Source: Epithemia pelagica
Taxonomy: Eukaryota; Protista; Bacillariophyta
DNA: 64,000 nucleotides
NCBI GenBank assembly: GCA_946965045.2
Contig: OX337228.1
Span: 2,976,001-3,040,000, forward strand
Reading direction: 5' to 3'
The translations under genes and the position numbers were made by a program. This document shows, piece after piece, positions 18,812-29,386 of the stretch. The notes under the pieces were generated by a model. The model saw nothing but the letters and a program-made list of their open reading frames with translations. It searched no databases and was not told where the DNA came from. Each line of letters opens with the position of its first letter. Position 1 is the first letter of the stretch.

Positions 18812-21238
18812 ATGACAGCCGCTTCCGCTTGTGCGGCTGTATCACAGCCTTCGGAGTCGGAGGATGCGGAACGAAGCAAGATGGTGGATGTTCCACAGTC
18901 GACGACGATAACAGCTCTAGAAGCTGATGTCGACCGTACAACTGCGTCTCCCAATAATGACACCAGCCACGAACAACAACCAATTGAAGAAGCGAACTCA
19001 TTCGGGAGTGAGCCTTTTGACATGCAGCTACCCAAGGATCCATTGCCCCCACCAGAAATTTTCGATCCTGTCCAGAAGTTTGTGGCCAATGCAATCGAAG
19101 GACAAGAGAAGGAAAAAGAAGGTGCTCCACCAACACGTACCTACCGAGCATTGGTGGATGCCTTCCGTTTTCAAAAAGATCGGGAGATGCTTCGCAATAT
19201 TATCCTGGCTCTACGAACGTCCGCGAATGGCAATACTCTGATTCTCGTTACCAGACCGAAACATGCACGGCTCATGCACAATATTGTTCGATTGAATCCC
19301 TTTGCTAGTCCATCTTCATCCGAAATTGATTACAGCTTGGCTGATGCTCATCTCAACTTACTCATGGCGATTGTTTCCGCAAAATCTGTGTTTGTTGTCC
19401 CAGTCATGTTGTCTCTTTGGAAAATGGTTACCCTTGGTAGAAATGAACGTACGGTACAAATGTGAGTTTGGAGTATCCAATGAATCATGGTTCTGGATTG
19501 GAGCCTCTTTCTCACATCATTGCGATACACTTATCTTCAACTCTTATTCAGGACACGGCGGACACATGCTGCCTTGGCCACACTCATGAGACTATGTCCC
19601 AAAGGCAAAACTGAGTTTTTCCCTATTATCGCATCGAACGTACCCTTTCGTGTCAAACCGGAAGAGATAATGGTGCGATATTACAAGCAGACTCTGCTCG
19701 TTGTCAAATACCTCCCGTCAATACAAAACCAGATTCTGGAACTTATGATCGAAAAGTCTCTCGAAATTGATGTTGAAATTAAAATCAGCGATGATGGTGA
19801 CGCCACAATAGAACAGGAAAAAGACGACGCTCAAGAACCCATATCTGACACTGGCGTTTTTGAGTTTGACGATGATGGTGAACAAAACGAAAGCAATCCA
19901 CAAAAATCTTCCGACGACGTGGCATCACGGGGAGTGAGTGACATGGCCAACAAACTAGATTCTCTCATGTGCCTCTTGTTGGAGTTCGTGGAGTCACGTA
20001 CCTCAATATCGTCGGAGGTATTCCCTGTTTTGTTGACTGTGTTTACCAACTGCATTCTCATTACGCACAAATCAAAATTTGTACAATTTGTCATCTTCCA
20101 AGCGTGTGGGCTGGATGCTCATAGACGGCAACAAGCACAAAGTCCTCCCTTGTCGGGGGACGAGAAGACAAGTCTGAAAGCCCAGGACACACAACCTTGT
20201 TACCGGACCTTCTGTCTACTTTTGCAAGACATTGTTGCGGACCCTTACCGCGCCACATCGATACGACAAACTGCTGCCTGTTATTTGGCATCCTTTGTCA
20301 GTCGAGCTTCATTTGTCGACGCCAATACTGTTTGTGAATCGGTAGCCACCTTGTTGCAGTGGGCCGAGATCTACATCGACGCGATGGATCGATCATCCGT
20401 TTCCATCCACGCGGCTGACGCGCGTGGCCAAAGTGCACGACACTCACTCTGTTACACGGTGTGTCAAGCTGCGTTTTATATCATGTGCTTTCGAGGGAGG
20501 GAGGCCGTCAAACACTATCAGGTACTACTGACCTCAATCAATGGTACAGATGAATTGAAGAGGGTTGACTTAAGTGCCGAAAGGTGGAATCGGCTATGTA
20601 GGCACTCTCTGAGACCCCTCCAGTATTGTCTTGAGAGTGTCAAAACAGAGTTCTTGCAACTCGCCAAGTTTTACAATCTGTTGGATGCCGCCACGTTAGC
20701 TCAAGTCATGAGCACTGGCAAGCAAGTTGTCAAGAAGCGGAAAAAGGCCACTGCAATTCGGACACCGGCCACGCTCGAGAAAGAGAGACGGAGTGGAGGA
20801 GTCGGTGGATTAGGGAGAGGTAAGAATCCATTGGATTCCTTCTTCCCATTTGATCCATATCTGTTGCGGCAATCGCATGTACACATAGAAACCTATTACA
20901 ACCATTGGTTGGGTTCCCTCAGCTCGCGAGAGGAAGAAGACGAAAATGAAGATGACAAGGAAATGATGGAAGAAGGTACCCCGATGACTGTGGAGCAAGT
21001 TGATTCTGACGTTGAGGCGAGTGATAGTGACGATGACGATGATCACGAAGAAGATAAGGACGAAGCCGATAATGCACACGGAGGGAATTCAGGCTTTGTG
21101 GGCAGTATCGAAAGTATGACGGAATCCTTGTCCATGGGAAGGGGTTCACCAAATCCATCACACGAAGAGTTACAGAACGCTTGGGCGACAACACTGAAGC
21201 GTTCAAGGGCACCAAGTATAGAAACCGGAAGTTGGTAA
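18812..21238 (+). CDS. RRN3: RNA polymerase I transcription initiation factor RRN3; join(18812..19461, 19552..21238)
   Basis: HKSKFVQF, AACYLASFVSRA, CQAAFYIMCFR and LDSFFPFDPYLL are characteristic of RRN3. One GT-AG intron in frame. The exact start is uncertain. Confidence 0.9.
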
Positions 21239-21345
21239 AGAATTTTCTTATCAATGACTTAGCAACACGTTAAATTTCTATTGCCTTGTTTCGTGTCGGT
21301 GTGTGCATTGGCAAATGGAAGTCTGGGAGAGATTTAGATATATTC

Positions 21346-22004
21346 TCATGGGGGTGGGATGGCACTTCTCTTCAAAAAGATGTCATACACGAGTGTAGCA
21401 CCTGGTTTTATAAGACATTCTCCGCCGTCAAGGCAAAGTCCCTTGTCTCCAAAAGCCAATTCGGGAGGAATCTACCGCAATTCAACCAAAAGAGATACAT
21501 ACCGATGAAATGGTCAGATTTCAAAGCCTGTGAAAATAACGGTCTCAAACCATTAGACGTTGTAGCCTCACTTACAATTGCTTGGACTTTTTGTCCCACC
21601 CCCATTTGCTCCACCATTTCACTGACACCTGGAATGACAGCATTGCCACCAACTTGAAACATGAGTACATTTTTCTTGCCTTGAGCATGAGTGGCATCAA
21701 AAATAGTACCGTCAGACAAATATCCAGTGTATTCAATGGCCACCACATCTCCCTTTTGTGAGGAGGGCTTTTCGAGAGCAGGTTGCAGCGTTGCATACTT
21801 GATTTTGCCATTTGCTGCAGTCAAAATTTCTGGGGCAGCCCATGAGGAGAATGGTGTCGTTGCAACAACTGCTCCACCCAAACCGAAGGAGACGGCTTGC
21901 CCAAGAAAGCCTCTTCGGCTGGTTTGTGTCTTGGATGGTGCCGACAAGGCCAGGGCCGACGTTGCAACCAGGGAAATGTGAAAAAGTACTCGAAGAAATA
22001 GCAT
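21346..22004 (-). CDS. FKBP-type peptidyl-prolyl isomerase, probably thylakoid lumen; join(22004..21576, 21471..21346)
   Basis: Signal peptide, twin-Arg SRRGFL and an AxA site (SWA-A). FKBP motifs GDVVAIEYTGYLSDGTIFD, VIPG, IIPPELAFG and PGATLVYDI. Confidence 0.88.
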
Positions 22005-22589
22005 CTTGTAAGGGATTGAAAGCCAAGTTGAGATGATAGGAGTTTGTTGAGACAGCCGAGGGTACGAAGTTCGAAGATGTAGTATGAATTATGTCGACTT
22101 TTGAGAGCGTCTTGTTGAGATGGGGCAGAGAGCAGAGGTATCTTTGTCAGACACACTGACATCATCGATGGCAATACACAGCGGTCACCATATCGATTTC
22201 GTCGACACATCAACCTCCTTTTGATGAACATCTTCCCTCTTTTTCTGATGAACGCTGAAAATTATAGGTCTGTTTGGTTTGAAGTAAGACCGGAATGAAT
22301 CATTCCCCAGTCGTCAGCGTGAGTCACGCGACTGCCCGACTGCAAAATGATGCATGCTGGACATTTTTTCTGCGATTGCTTTTCTCTCAAATTGGTTTCG
22401 CCAAAAAGACATGGTCCTGCATCCAAGACGGAGACGATATCATGATATGGATCGTTCTTACTCCGAAGATACAGAACGGTATCTACACATACGCAGATAG
22501 CAGTACGCCATCGCTGAACATTGAGGATAGGTAAAATTCACTGATTGCGATTGTACTGATTTGTATCCGACTCCTGAAGCTTCGTGATC

Positions 22590-23420
22590 ATGGCGGCCGT
22601 TCTGGGGCGGACGCTCCAACATGGCGTAACGTCATGTAATGACTGTGGAGTAGGTGGCGGTGATCAAGAGGAGGTTGTTTACTGGGATTCCGGACGTCGT
22701 CCTGGGCCCCTGAATTCTTCGTTTGCCTTGTTTTACATTGTGGTGATAACACTGAACTCGGTGGCATTTGGTGCTGGCATTGTTTCTCAAATTGACTTTC
22801 ACCGTAACTCCAACAACTACCACAGGCATGGTGGCTACATGGATGGATGGTACATGTGCAACGCGATCTTTGGAGTTCTTCATATTCTTGCCGCAATTTA
22901 TCTTGTACGAAAAATTGAAGAGCCATCCCCACCACAACTCCACAATCCCTACATGGCGGCGGAAATGATTGGAGCAGCGTCCCATCCGCAGTCGGCTTCG
23001 CAACAAGCAATTGTTGTGACGACAGCACCTCCAGACATGGAGCAACCACAACAACAAAATCCCCCATATGCAACAGCCGTCTACAACCACTCAACGGTAC
23101 CGCAAGGACCCACCGGTCTTTCCTACCCTTCGCTTCCACCCCATCACACAGCTGTGGCCACCAAGTACTATAACCTTCCTCCGCGAACCGATCCAGAGTC
23201 ATGGCCTCGCATCAAGGAAGTCTTATGTCAAAGCCAGGTGTTTGCCCTTTACATTCTTGTCTTTGGAGCCTACTTTATATGGCATAAATTCTACGATGTT
23301 TGGACGTACAATCAAGGGCTTCTCTTTGTGATGCATTGTGCCGATACATTTATCGTTGCAGCACCTTGTGCCTTTGCACTAAGTGTTGGTATCGCCTTGA
23401 TGAGAAGAAGAGAAATCTAA
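22590..23420 (+). CDS. Hypothetical multi-pass membrane protein with a Pro/Gln-rich central loop
   Basis: Intronless ORF with about four hydrophobic segments. No family recognised. Confidence 0.6.
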   Translation: MAAVLGRTLQHGVTSCNDCGVGGGDQEEVVYWDSGRRPGPLNSSFALFYIVVITLNSVAFGAGIVSQIDFHRNSNNYHRHGGYMDGWYMCNAIFGVLHILAAIYLVRKIEEPSPPQLHNPYMAAEMIGAASHPQSASQQAIVVTTAPPDMEQPQQQNPPYATAVYNHSTVPQGPTGLSYPSLPPHHTAVATKYYNLPPRTDPESWPRIKEVLCQSQVFALYILVFGAYFIWHKFYDVWTYNQGLLFVMHCADTFIVAAPCAFALSVGIALMRRREI

Positions 23421-23572
23421 GTTCGCCTTAATGTCAACGAGAATCCGAAAACTAAAAGAGAAGACAGAATGAAACCATGTTAAATCTATTAATCGGTTGA
23501 TTTACAAGACGGCGGCATAGAGCCATGATACGCATTACTCTTACATACTGTGCAGAATCGACCATTCTCCTT

Positions 23573-25110
23573 TCATCCAATTGTGCGAAGGTAAATGTCT
23601 TTGAGATACCACTGTAGTCCTTTTCCACTACCCAACAATGTTGAACGGTCGTCCACACCGTCTTCAAATTGCTCGGGCGTCCAACCGCACTCTTTCAACG
23701 CCATGTTGTGATGCTCATCGTCAATTCGGTGAATGACTCTGTAATTGTGTAACAAGACGCGTCCTTTCTTATTGAGCAATCGGGGGTGTTGCAACAGATT
23801 TCGTAAAATGGCGGCATATCGGTCTTGCGATTGCTCATTGCGTCGTTCCGTCCATTGTTCAGGATCTTGAATCACTTTGGTCGATATGAGATTTCGTTGC
23901 GTCTTGAGTTTGCGCACAATATCCCAACTCATGGCATTTTGAAGGGATTGTTGTACGCTCGCATCGCGCTCCATCAGATGAAGCAGCTCATCTCGGTCCC
24001 ATTTCAGGACCCGTGCATTGGTTCGAGCTACCACATCACAGCAACTCGTCACAGCTCCAGGCAACATGAGACCCGAATGTAAACCAGCCTCGGATACAAA
24101 GTTTGCTTCGTTCAGTAGATACGTCATTTTTCCATCGCGCAGGGCCTCCAATTCTCCATCAAGCACAAGTCGGACGAAGCGATTATCTTCGCCTTGATGC
24201 ACTAGAACATCCCCCTGGCGGAAGGACTCCTCCTTCCCCAGTCGAACCAGTTTGGCAAAGTCCACTGGATCCATCAAGTGAAAGTGTTCTTCCCGAAGTG
24301 CAATATAATCGTTTGGTAGATTTTCGGCCAAATTCCGATCCAACAGAGCTTTACCAATACGATAGCTGTTGATAGCAATGAACAAGGCATTCCACTTAAA
24401 GGGGAGCCATAACGCACGTCCATGTGGACTGTATTGTATATCCCATGATTTTACGAACAAGAATCAAATGAGGAATGTCATACCAAGCATACACTAGATT
24501 GTGAGTGGCTGGATTTGATTTGCATTGAACATGTTGATGATACCGCCGTGGTGGACACTCACTGAAAATAAGTAAAGACAAGCATGGCCGTGGATCCGAC
24601 AACGGCAATGCAACGCAACATCAAAAAGTCATCGACTGCATATGACAAAGCAACCAAAACAAAGGACGAATGTCCAAACACCTCCGAAATCGACATAGTC
24701 TGGTGACCAGGTGTCACCCACCGTGGAATGGCAATGGTTCGCTGTCGTCGTAAGAAATCTGACAAGTCATTGATCCAAGACGAAGACTTGGTCGTCGTAG
24801 AAGTGGAGCCCATAGCGTCGGGTCGAGTCACAGTGGCCTTACTCCGTTGACTTTGTTGGAAAGTGAAGGTCGGACGCTTTCTCGTCCCCATTGTTGAATC
24901 GAGTAGTTGTCGTCTCCAAAGCGAAGTAGTATGCCTAATAGCACAAGCACTGCAGGAGGATCTTGTAAATGCTCGTGCGATAGGTGGGCGACCATTGGCG
25001 ATGCGCTCTCGACTAGAATTCATCCATGGATGGAAAGAAGTGGATAGTATTCTTCGTCTTGTAAGGACTGTATTCCTTGCCACCGCCAACTCGCCTATCG
25101 ATGATATCAT
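23573..25110 (-). CDS. Popeye-domain-like membrane protein with a cyclic-nucleotide-binding (CAP_ED) fold; join(25110..24563, 24428..23573)
   Basis: Three-TM block GHSSFVLVALSYAVDDFLMLRCIAVVGS...LWLPFKWNALFIAIN, then HFHLMDPVDFAKLV, FRQGDVLVHQGE and VRLVLDGELE (cNMP beta-roll). One GT-AG intron, in frame. Confidence 0.7.
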
Positions 25111-25748
25111 GATGCGGCAATCGATTCAAGATCTGGGGCCGAACTATTGTGCACCCCTGCCTTTTCCTTGAGTGGAATCCTTTCCTAGAAAACGACGCCG
25201 AACACCACGAAAGGGCAGATGAAGTCAATTACGTGACCTCAACTTTCGAGATGGATGCAAGTGTGACAACACAGGAATGTATCAAGCAGTTTGTTTAATC
25301 GCGGTGACTTCGAGGCCGTCCTGTCGGTCTCAAAATGTAAATGTGTCTATTGTCTATGGTCTACCTCATAGAGTGCACTATGGAGAAAAATGTCGAAAAC
25401 TTGAAGAAAGGCTTCGGGCCTTCGGAGCTTCGGAGCGGCGAACGCGACTGCGTCCGCGGTCCGCGGGTGGCTGTTGGTGGGTCATGCATACGTCAGTCGT
25501 GAATCAGATCCAGTCCCATTCCTTCGGGACTCGGGTATTTTCTCGCGGGTTTGCTTGGGTGAGATTGGATTTCTTCCCAGGCCCGAAGGATCGTGCGGGG
25601 ATTTTTCATGCAAGATACACTTTGACCTTTGACTCATCACCATGAGAAACTCGCATCACAAAATCAACTTGCAAACAAGTCAAAAGAACATTGACATAAA
25701 GAGCAACACTCAACCTGCATTCGAACTATATCCATAAATCAACTGAAC

Positions 25749-26827
25749 ATGTTTGGACGCGGCAATAAAAGCAACAAGAAGGACGAGATGCAGGTTCCTG
25801 TGATGGGGAATGAAAGTATCATGGTAAGCAATGTTGGACAGTTGAATCTTGACGGAGTATTTTCTCTACGTACCATGAGTGGACGCAGACCTTGCAGGAG
25901 CATGGCACCCTATTTGTCTCACACACATGTACCTTTTCTGTAACTATCAACTCCATTCTTCCTGTAAACTCGTTAGGCACCCAAGGCTCACGGAACATCG
26001 GCCGTTCCTGTGCAAGATAATTTGCGTTGGGGATGCGATCGAAGCACAGCCGATCGAATTTGCAATTTCAATCGGTATGTAATGGAGCATCTTACACATG
26101 CATTCCTTGTCAATAAGTGGCAACTTTTTGTTTCCTTACCCGTGACTTGCCTCGTTCCATTGTCGATTCACAGACATTATGCCGAACACAGGTAAGACCT
26201 TCTGTTGTTTGCTTTTTACTGTTTGATCCTGGGTTGTTTCTTGTTGCGATAGAGTTTCAACGATGCTGTGGTTGAAGCCAGTCGAACTCATGGTGTGTTG
26301 ATGCGTACATGTTGCAGTGGCTATTTTGAAAAGACCAAGTTTATCGAGGATGTTCGAGCGTCTCCGAACGAAATCAACTTTTACGATTCCAATACTGGAA
26401 ATCTTCTCTTCACGGCACCAAAGGGACGTACTATGGAAGAATTCTTGAAGGAAAGCCGTGCACATGGATGGCCTAGTTTCCGAGGTACGTTGTGCTTACG
26501 CGACATTTGTTCTCGGAACCGTTCGAGATCACCATCATGGGACAAAAAATGAGATTTGCAATCGAGTTGGCTTTCCTTTGTCACTTTGGTTTTCGTCTTT
26601 TGCTTTTTCGCAGTGGTGTTGTTGATTACTGACTCGTTTCGTGTAATGTTTCCGCTCTATTTTTCTCAGACGAAGAAGTTAACTGGGATTATGTACGATG
26701 CCTTCCCGACGGGGAAGCTGTGTCCGTGGATGGAACACACTTGGGACACAACCTACCGGACCGTAGAGGATCGCGTTATTGTATTAATTTGGTGAGCGTG
26801 GCAGGTCGTCCGACGGATACCAAATGA
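25749..26827 (+). CDS. MsrB/SelR-like methionine-R-sulfoxide reductase homologue; five exons: 25749-25823, 25977-26074, 26174-26191, 26318-26484, 26670-26827
   Basis: The spliced product (172 codons) has HGWPSFRD, GTHLGHNLPD and RYCINLVS, which are MsrB core motifs. All four introns are GT-AG and the frame is conserved. Confidence 0.75.
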
Positions 26828-27057
26828 AACTGGTCAACGAACAAAGAACCCCTCTGCGGCATGGCGAAACCGCCTCCATAGAAACCGAGTAAAGGTGTCT
26901 TTCATCACAACAGAATTTCAAACTCTGCATGTTATTGTTGGTCCTGTGGAGATACATCAGTTAGCTAGTTGATTTGTGTTTCGCTTAAACTTCTAGAACA
27001 ACTGTTGCATCACTTTACTCTACGTAGTATAGAAGACCAATAAATCGACTGTTATAA

Positions 27058-27930
27058 TCAGAGTGGTGGTTGCGTGGCACCCATACCATCAAGGTTTGCA
27101 TTGAGAATTTCTTGTCTCGAGATGGGCTTATCGGGTTGCTCCTTCTCTTTCGTAGCAGCTACAGTTTCCGCAAATTTTTGCGATGCTCGTTTGTTCAACA
27201 AATGTCCATGTCCCAAGCGTTTGCGTGTTTCTTCCGTTGCAGCAGCGGCGGCTTGTTGATTGACTACAGTTGAAAACTTCTTAGCGTCCTCCTCCTCGGC
27301 AAAGGACAATTCGTATTGGACGTCACCAACCGCACCCGATCGAAGCAAAACCATCCATCGGTGGTGGCTGCCATGGGTCGGCGAATCGGCGTTCAAACCG
27401 TGTAGTTTAATAGCATATTGAGGAGATGGAGCATCTTCCTTGAAAAAGATGAAGCAAAAGGGACCTTTGATCACTACGTAACGGTCCACCAGTGGGTTAC
27501 TCCCAAAGCAAGCTCCACAAAACCCTCCTTCGACACCTCGATGAATCATGCCAGGTCCTTCAAAGTCTGCTCCAGTGGCGCCACGCAAGTTCTGCACTGT
27601 CGCTCCACGCGTGCCATCGGATCTATAGTCATGGCAGAGTTGAGCAGGTCGGTTTGAGAGATGGTCGCAAACGATGTGATTGTTGTGTTCCAATATTCAA
27701 ATGAAGCGAGAAATAAAAAAGTGGCGGGATGCCGACGGTTGGATGCGACTGAAGGATCAATATGACTGAGTGAAGCCTTTTGATTTACCCACTTACCTGA
27801 CAAAACTTCCACGAGCCCTTCGAAAAAAGTCCGACATACTGTCTCGAACACTCCCTCGTTTCTTCATACCCTGGCTCCTTCGATCCGTACCACTGGCGCC
27901 TGACGACGAGGTCGGATTGTTACTCTCCAT
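27058..27930 (-). CDS. PH-domain-containing protein; join(27930..27797, 27622..27058)
   Basis: RYVVIKGPFCFIF, PQYAIKLHG and a C-terminal helix SFAEEEDAKKFSTVV fit a PH fold. The intron is in frame. Confidence 0.65.
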
Positions 27931-28272
27931 GATAATCCGTCGCAATGATGCTGTTTGTGAACTTCAATGGGCGATACTCTTTTACACGCCTTTGTCGATG
28001 ACAATCTTACTAATAGCAGCGAACCAAGTCGAACTCATGGATGACAACACAAACCAGCGATGTTGAGAAGGGATGAGAGCGCGAACAAACATCGTCCGGG
28101 CTTCGGGCTTAGCTGGTTGAAGCGATCTAAGCGCGAATCCGTCGCTCTAGAGAGAAAGCAATCCCGCGCAGGCCCCCAAGTATTTTGATCATGCCATTGT
28201 GACGTCATTTCACCATCGCACCACCACCACCATGGTCAACATGGTGGTTGTCTTTCACAAATCTAACGCCGC

Positions 28273-28301
28273 AGCCTTAGATGCCATAGCCTTAGATGCC
28301 A
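28273..28301 (+). repeat. 15-bp tandem duplication (AGCCTTAGATGCCA x2) in a divergent promoter
   Basis: Copies at 28273 and 28288. Confidence 0.75.
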
Positions 28302-28326
28302 CAGACGTAAGCTTGAGTTACAAAAT

Positions 28327-29037
28327 ATGATATTTACACTACTCTGTATTATCAGCATTGGCCAAAGCTATCATGTCGGGGCAGCTTTTCAGCAGCATGT
28401 TTCCAGGCAGTCCATTTTCACACCTTGGTTGGGAACAGACTGCAGGTGCACGGACCAAGACAGGGCCTACCATCGAAAGGGGGTTGTTTTGGTGAATATG
28501 AGCAGTGGATTATCCTCCGACAGTGACGAAGAGAAGGGCATTGACAATAGAGGCCCAGTCGACGAGGACAGTGGAACAGTGTTCAACGAGATGGACGACC
28601 AAGACGATAACATTGACGATATTCCAACTCTGGATGTAAAAGTAAATCAGGACGATGATTTGTCCGATCGTTTTAAATACAAGGTTCAAGCATTGATGGG
28701 TGCCTTTGATCCCTCTGATCCGTCCGCCGACACGGAAGACAACAACTGTAATATATACAATGCCCTGTTGCAATTTCCCGTCATCCATACGTTCACCGTC
28801 GTGGGCCGAAGAAATATATCTAGCACCGACAGTCAAACAGACCCGTTTGTTGCTGCCGTACAGGCTCTTGTGCTAGAAGAAACGGGGGAACTGGAGGACC
28901 GAGTGACGATTCAAACCACACCACGAGGGTCCAAGTTTCTGAAGGTTACCATTTCAGTACCCATTCAGAGCGCACAAATGATGTCCGCTATTTATGACAA
29001 ACTGAAAGTGTTGGAAGGATGTGTCATGCAGTTTTGA
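28327..29037 (+). CDS. DUF493/YbeD-like protein, plastid-targeted
   Basis: Signal peptide ending VGAA-F. C-terminal QFPVIHTFTVVG...GSKFLKVTISVPIQSAQMMSAIYDKLK...MQF matches the YbeD/HP0495 ACT-like fold. Confidence 0.75.
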   Translation: MIFTLLCIISIGQSYHVGAAFQQHVSRQSIFTPWLGTDCRCTDQDRAYHRKGVVLVNMSSGLSSDSDEEKGIDNRGPVDEDSGTVFNEMDDQDDNIDDIPTLDVKVNQDDDLSDRFKYKVQALMGAFDPSDPSADTEDNNCNIYNALLQFPVIHTFTVVGRRNISSTDSQTDPFVAAVQALVLEETGELEDRVTIQTTPRGSKFLKVTISVPIQSAQMMSAIYDKLKVLEGCVMQF

Positions 29038-29386
29038 AATAGTTTGAATGAGAATATTCGTGGTGGAAGCCGACAAGACTTGTCTTGTAATATGGACTAA
29101 GGTATGTCTACACAAAAATGGCATATGATGGCAGAACACAGAAGAAAGTGGAACGTTGATCTTTGTGTTTGAGTTATGTAGTTGTTCATACGCCGCAGTA
29201 ATTCAGTCCCTCAGTCGCAACTGAGACAGCAAGGAACACCCGGATGAACGGATAACGACTCCGAGTGATGCAACTAGAATTCACATCCGTTACCACTAGA
29301 AGCATCGGGTAGCATGCAGACTTCTTCTAGGAAGCAATTGATTTAACAGGATAAAACCGCCAACAATCTCTCCACTTTTCCAAAGA

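Noticed and set aside
28095-28150. tRNA-like A-box sequence (GGGCTTAGCTGGTTGAAGCG)
   Set aside because: There is no T-loop GTTCRA at the right distance and no cloverleaf could be built.
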